A stretch of 64,000 nt of DNA, from contig OZ365116.1 of the NCBI GenBank assembly GCA_977030845.1, positions 20,212,001 to 20,276,000 of the forward strand, read 5' to 3'. This document shows positions 63,244 through 64,000 of the stretch, piece by piece. The stretch comes from Fimbriosthenelais zetlandica. Taxonomy: Eukaryota. A program made the position numbers and the translations under genes. Below the pieces are notes generated by a model. That model saw only the letters and a program-made list of their open reading frames with translations. It searched no databases and was not told the origin of the DNA. Positions within the stretch are counted from its first letter, which is position 1; every line of letters begins with the position of its first letter.

Positions 63244-64000
63244 AACCCACACTCTAAGCACGGACTTGATTCGCTAGTAATCAATCCTCGTCACTCACCC
63301 GGTGCTTTGCTGGAGAATTGAAGCTCCTTCCTCTTCACCAATAAAAGGGACATTTTTAAGGGACGAGCAGCTCATTGCCATGCATTAGAGGGACTGGGTG
63401 AGCTTTGAAGGGGAATCTCTCTGCTTTCCTTTGATATAGAAAGGTTTCACTTTGCTTATTCAGACTCACACTGAGGGCTAGCCATAGCAGCAGTAGCTCA
63501 TATGAGAAAAGAACGACAGGCCATGCATGTTTTATGTCAATCAGATTCCCCATGAGTTTATTCCCACGAAAAAAACACAAGGCTTGTTCAGGAGTGACTA
63601 TCACATCGTCCACTATATCTTCTACTCTTTTTTCATATATTTGGTTCTATTTTCTCTATAAATAGACAGGAAAAGGTCAATATATAATCCACTCTTGCTG
63701 AGGTGGAAACCAGTCTAAAAGGATCTTTGCCCTTTTCATATATTCCTGATGATTATGAAGGAAGGAAAGCCAGCCATCAGGTCTAATATAAGTTAATTCA
63801 TATTGCAAAGTGGTAATGTTCCCAGTTCTCATTATTTCTCGGGGGAGGGTCTAACTCAGTTATGAGATTGAACCAGGCTCCAGACCTCTGCTACGCGGAA
63901 ACTATACACGGTTTAAGTCAAAGCCTTTCAGGGAACAGAGAAAGTATTTATTATCTATGTTCACCACTGACTTTTCATTACTTGTCAGCATTATACTACT

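Noticed and set aside
63840-63905. tRNA or tRNA-SINE head (CTAACTCAGTT A-box-like)
   Set aside because: No B-box (GTTCRA) and no cloverleaf
1-64000. Prokaryotic operon, CRISPR array, rRNA or tRNA
   Set aside because: Genes are split by spliceosomal introns. I saw no regularly spaced repeats and no rRNA or complete tRNA cloverleaf.

Overview
Intron-rich, AT-rich animal genomic DNA, most likely a marine invertebrate (inference from gene content; the taxon cannot be fixed from sequence alone). It is not prokaryotic, and I found no CRISPR array, rRNA or convincing tRNA. By reading splice sites I assembled 11 spliced gene models (9 complete, 2 running off the window edges) plus one gene with an intronless CDS; every complete model has a length divisible by 3 and consistent intron phases. 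In order: two tandem bacterial-type M4 (thermolysin/vibriolysin-like) metalloprotease genes, each with an intron in the signal-peptide region; an LRRC74A-like LRR/EF-hand gene; CRYL1; a 3-exon prepropeptide of unrecognised family carrying three C-x4-C-x10/11-C-x4-C modules; a RERG/RASL12-like GTPase whose first intron contains a same-strand GPCR lacking the DRY arginine; an allatostatin-A/galanin-receptor-like GPCR; a predicted GPI-anchored ecto-ADP-ribosyltransferase-fold protein lacking its catalytic residues; a divergent TMEM242/PCNP pair; and SASH1-like exons. Decayed LINE fragments and a probable MITE are also present. The best novelty candidates are the Cys-hairpin peptide precursor, the M4 pair (one copy has an in-frame TAG inside a PPC-like domain), the ART-fold pseudoenzyme and the nested atypical GPCR.
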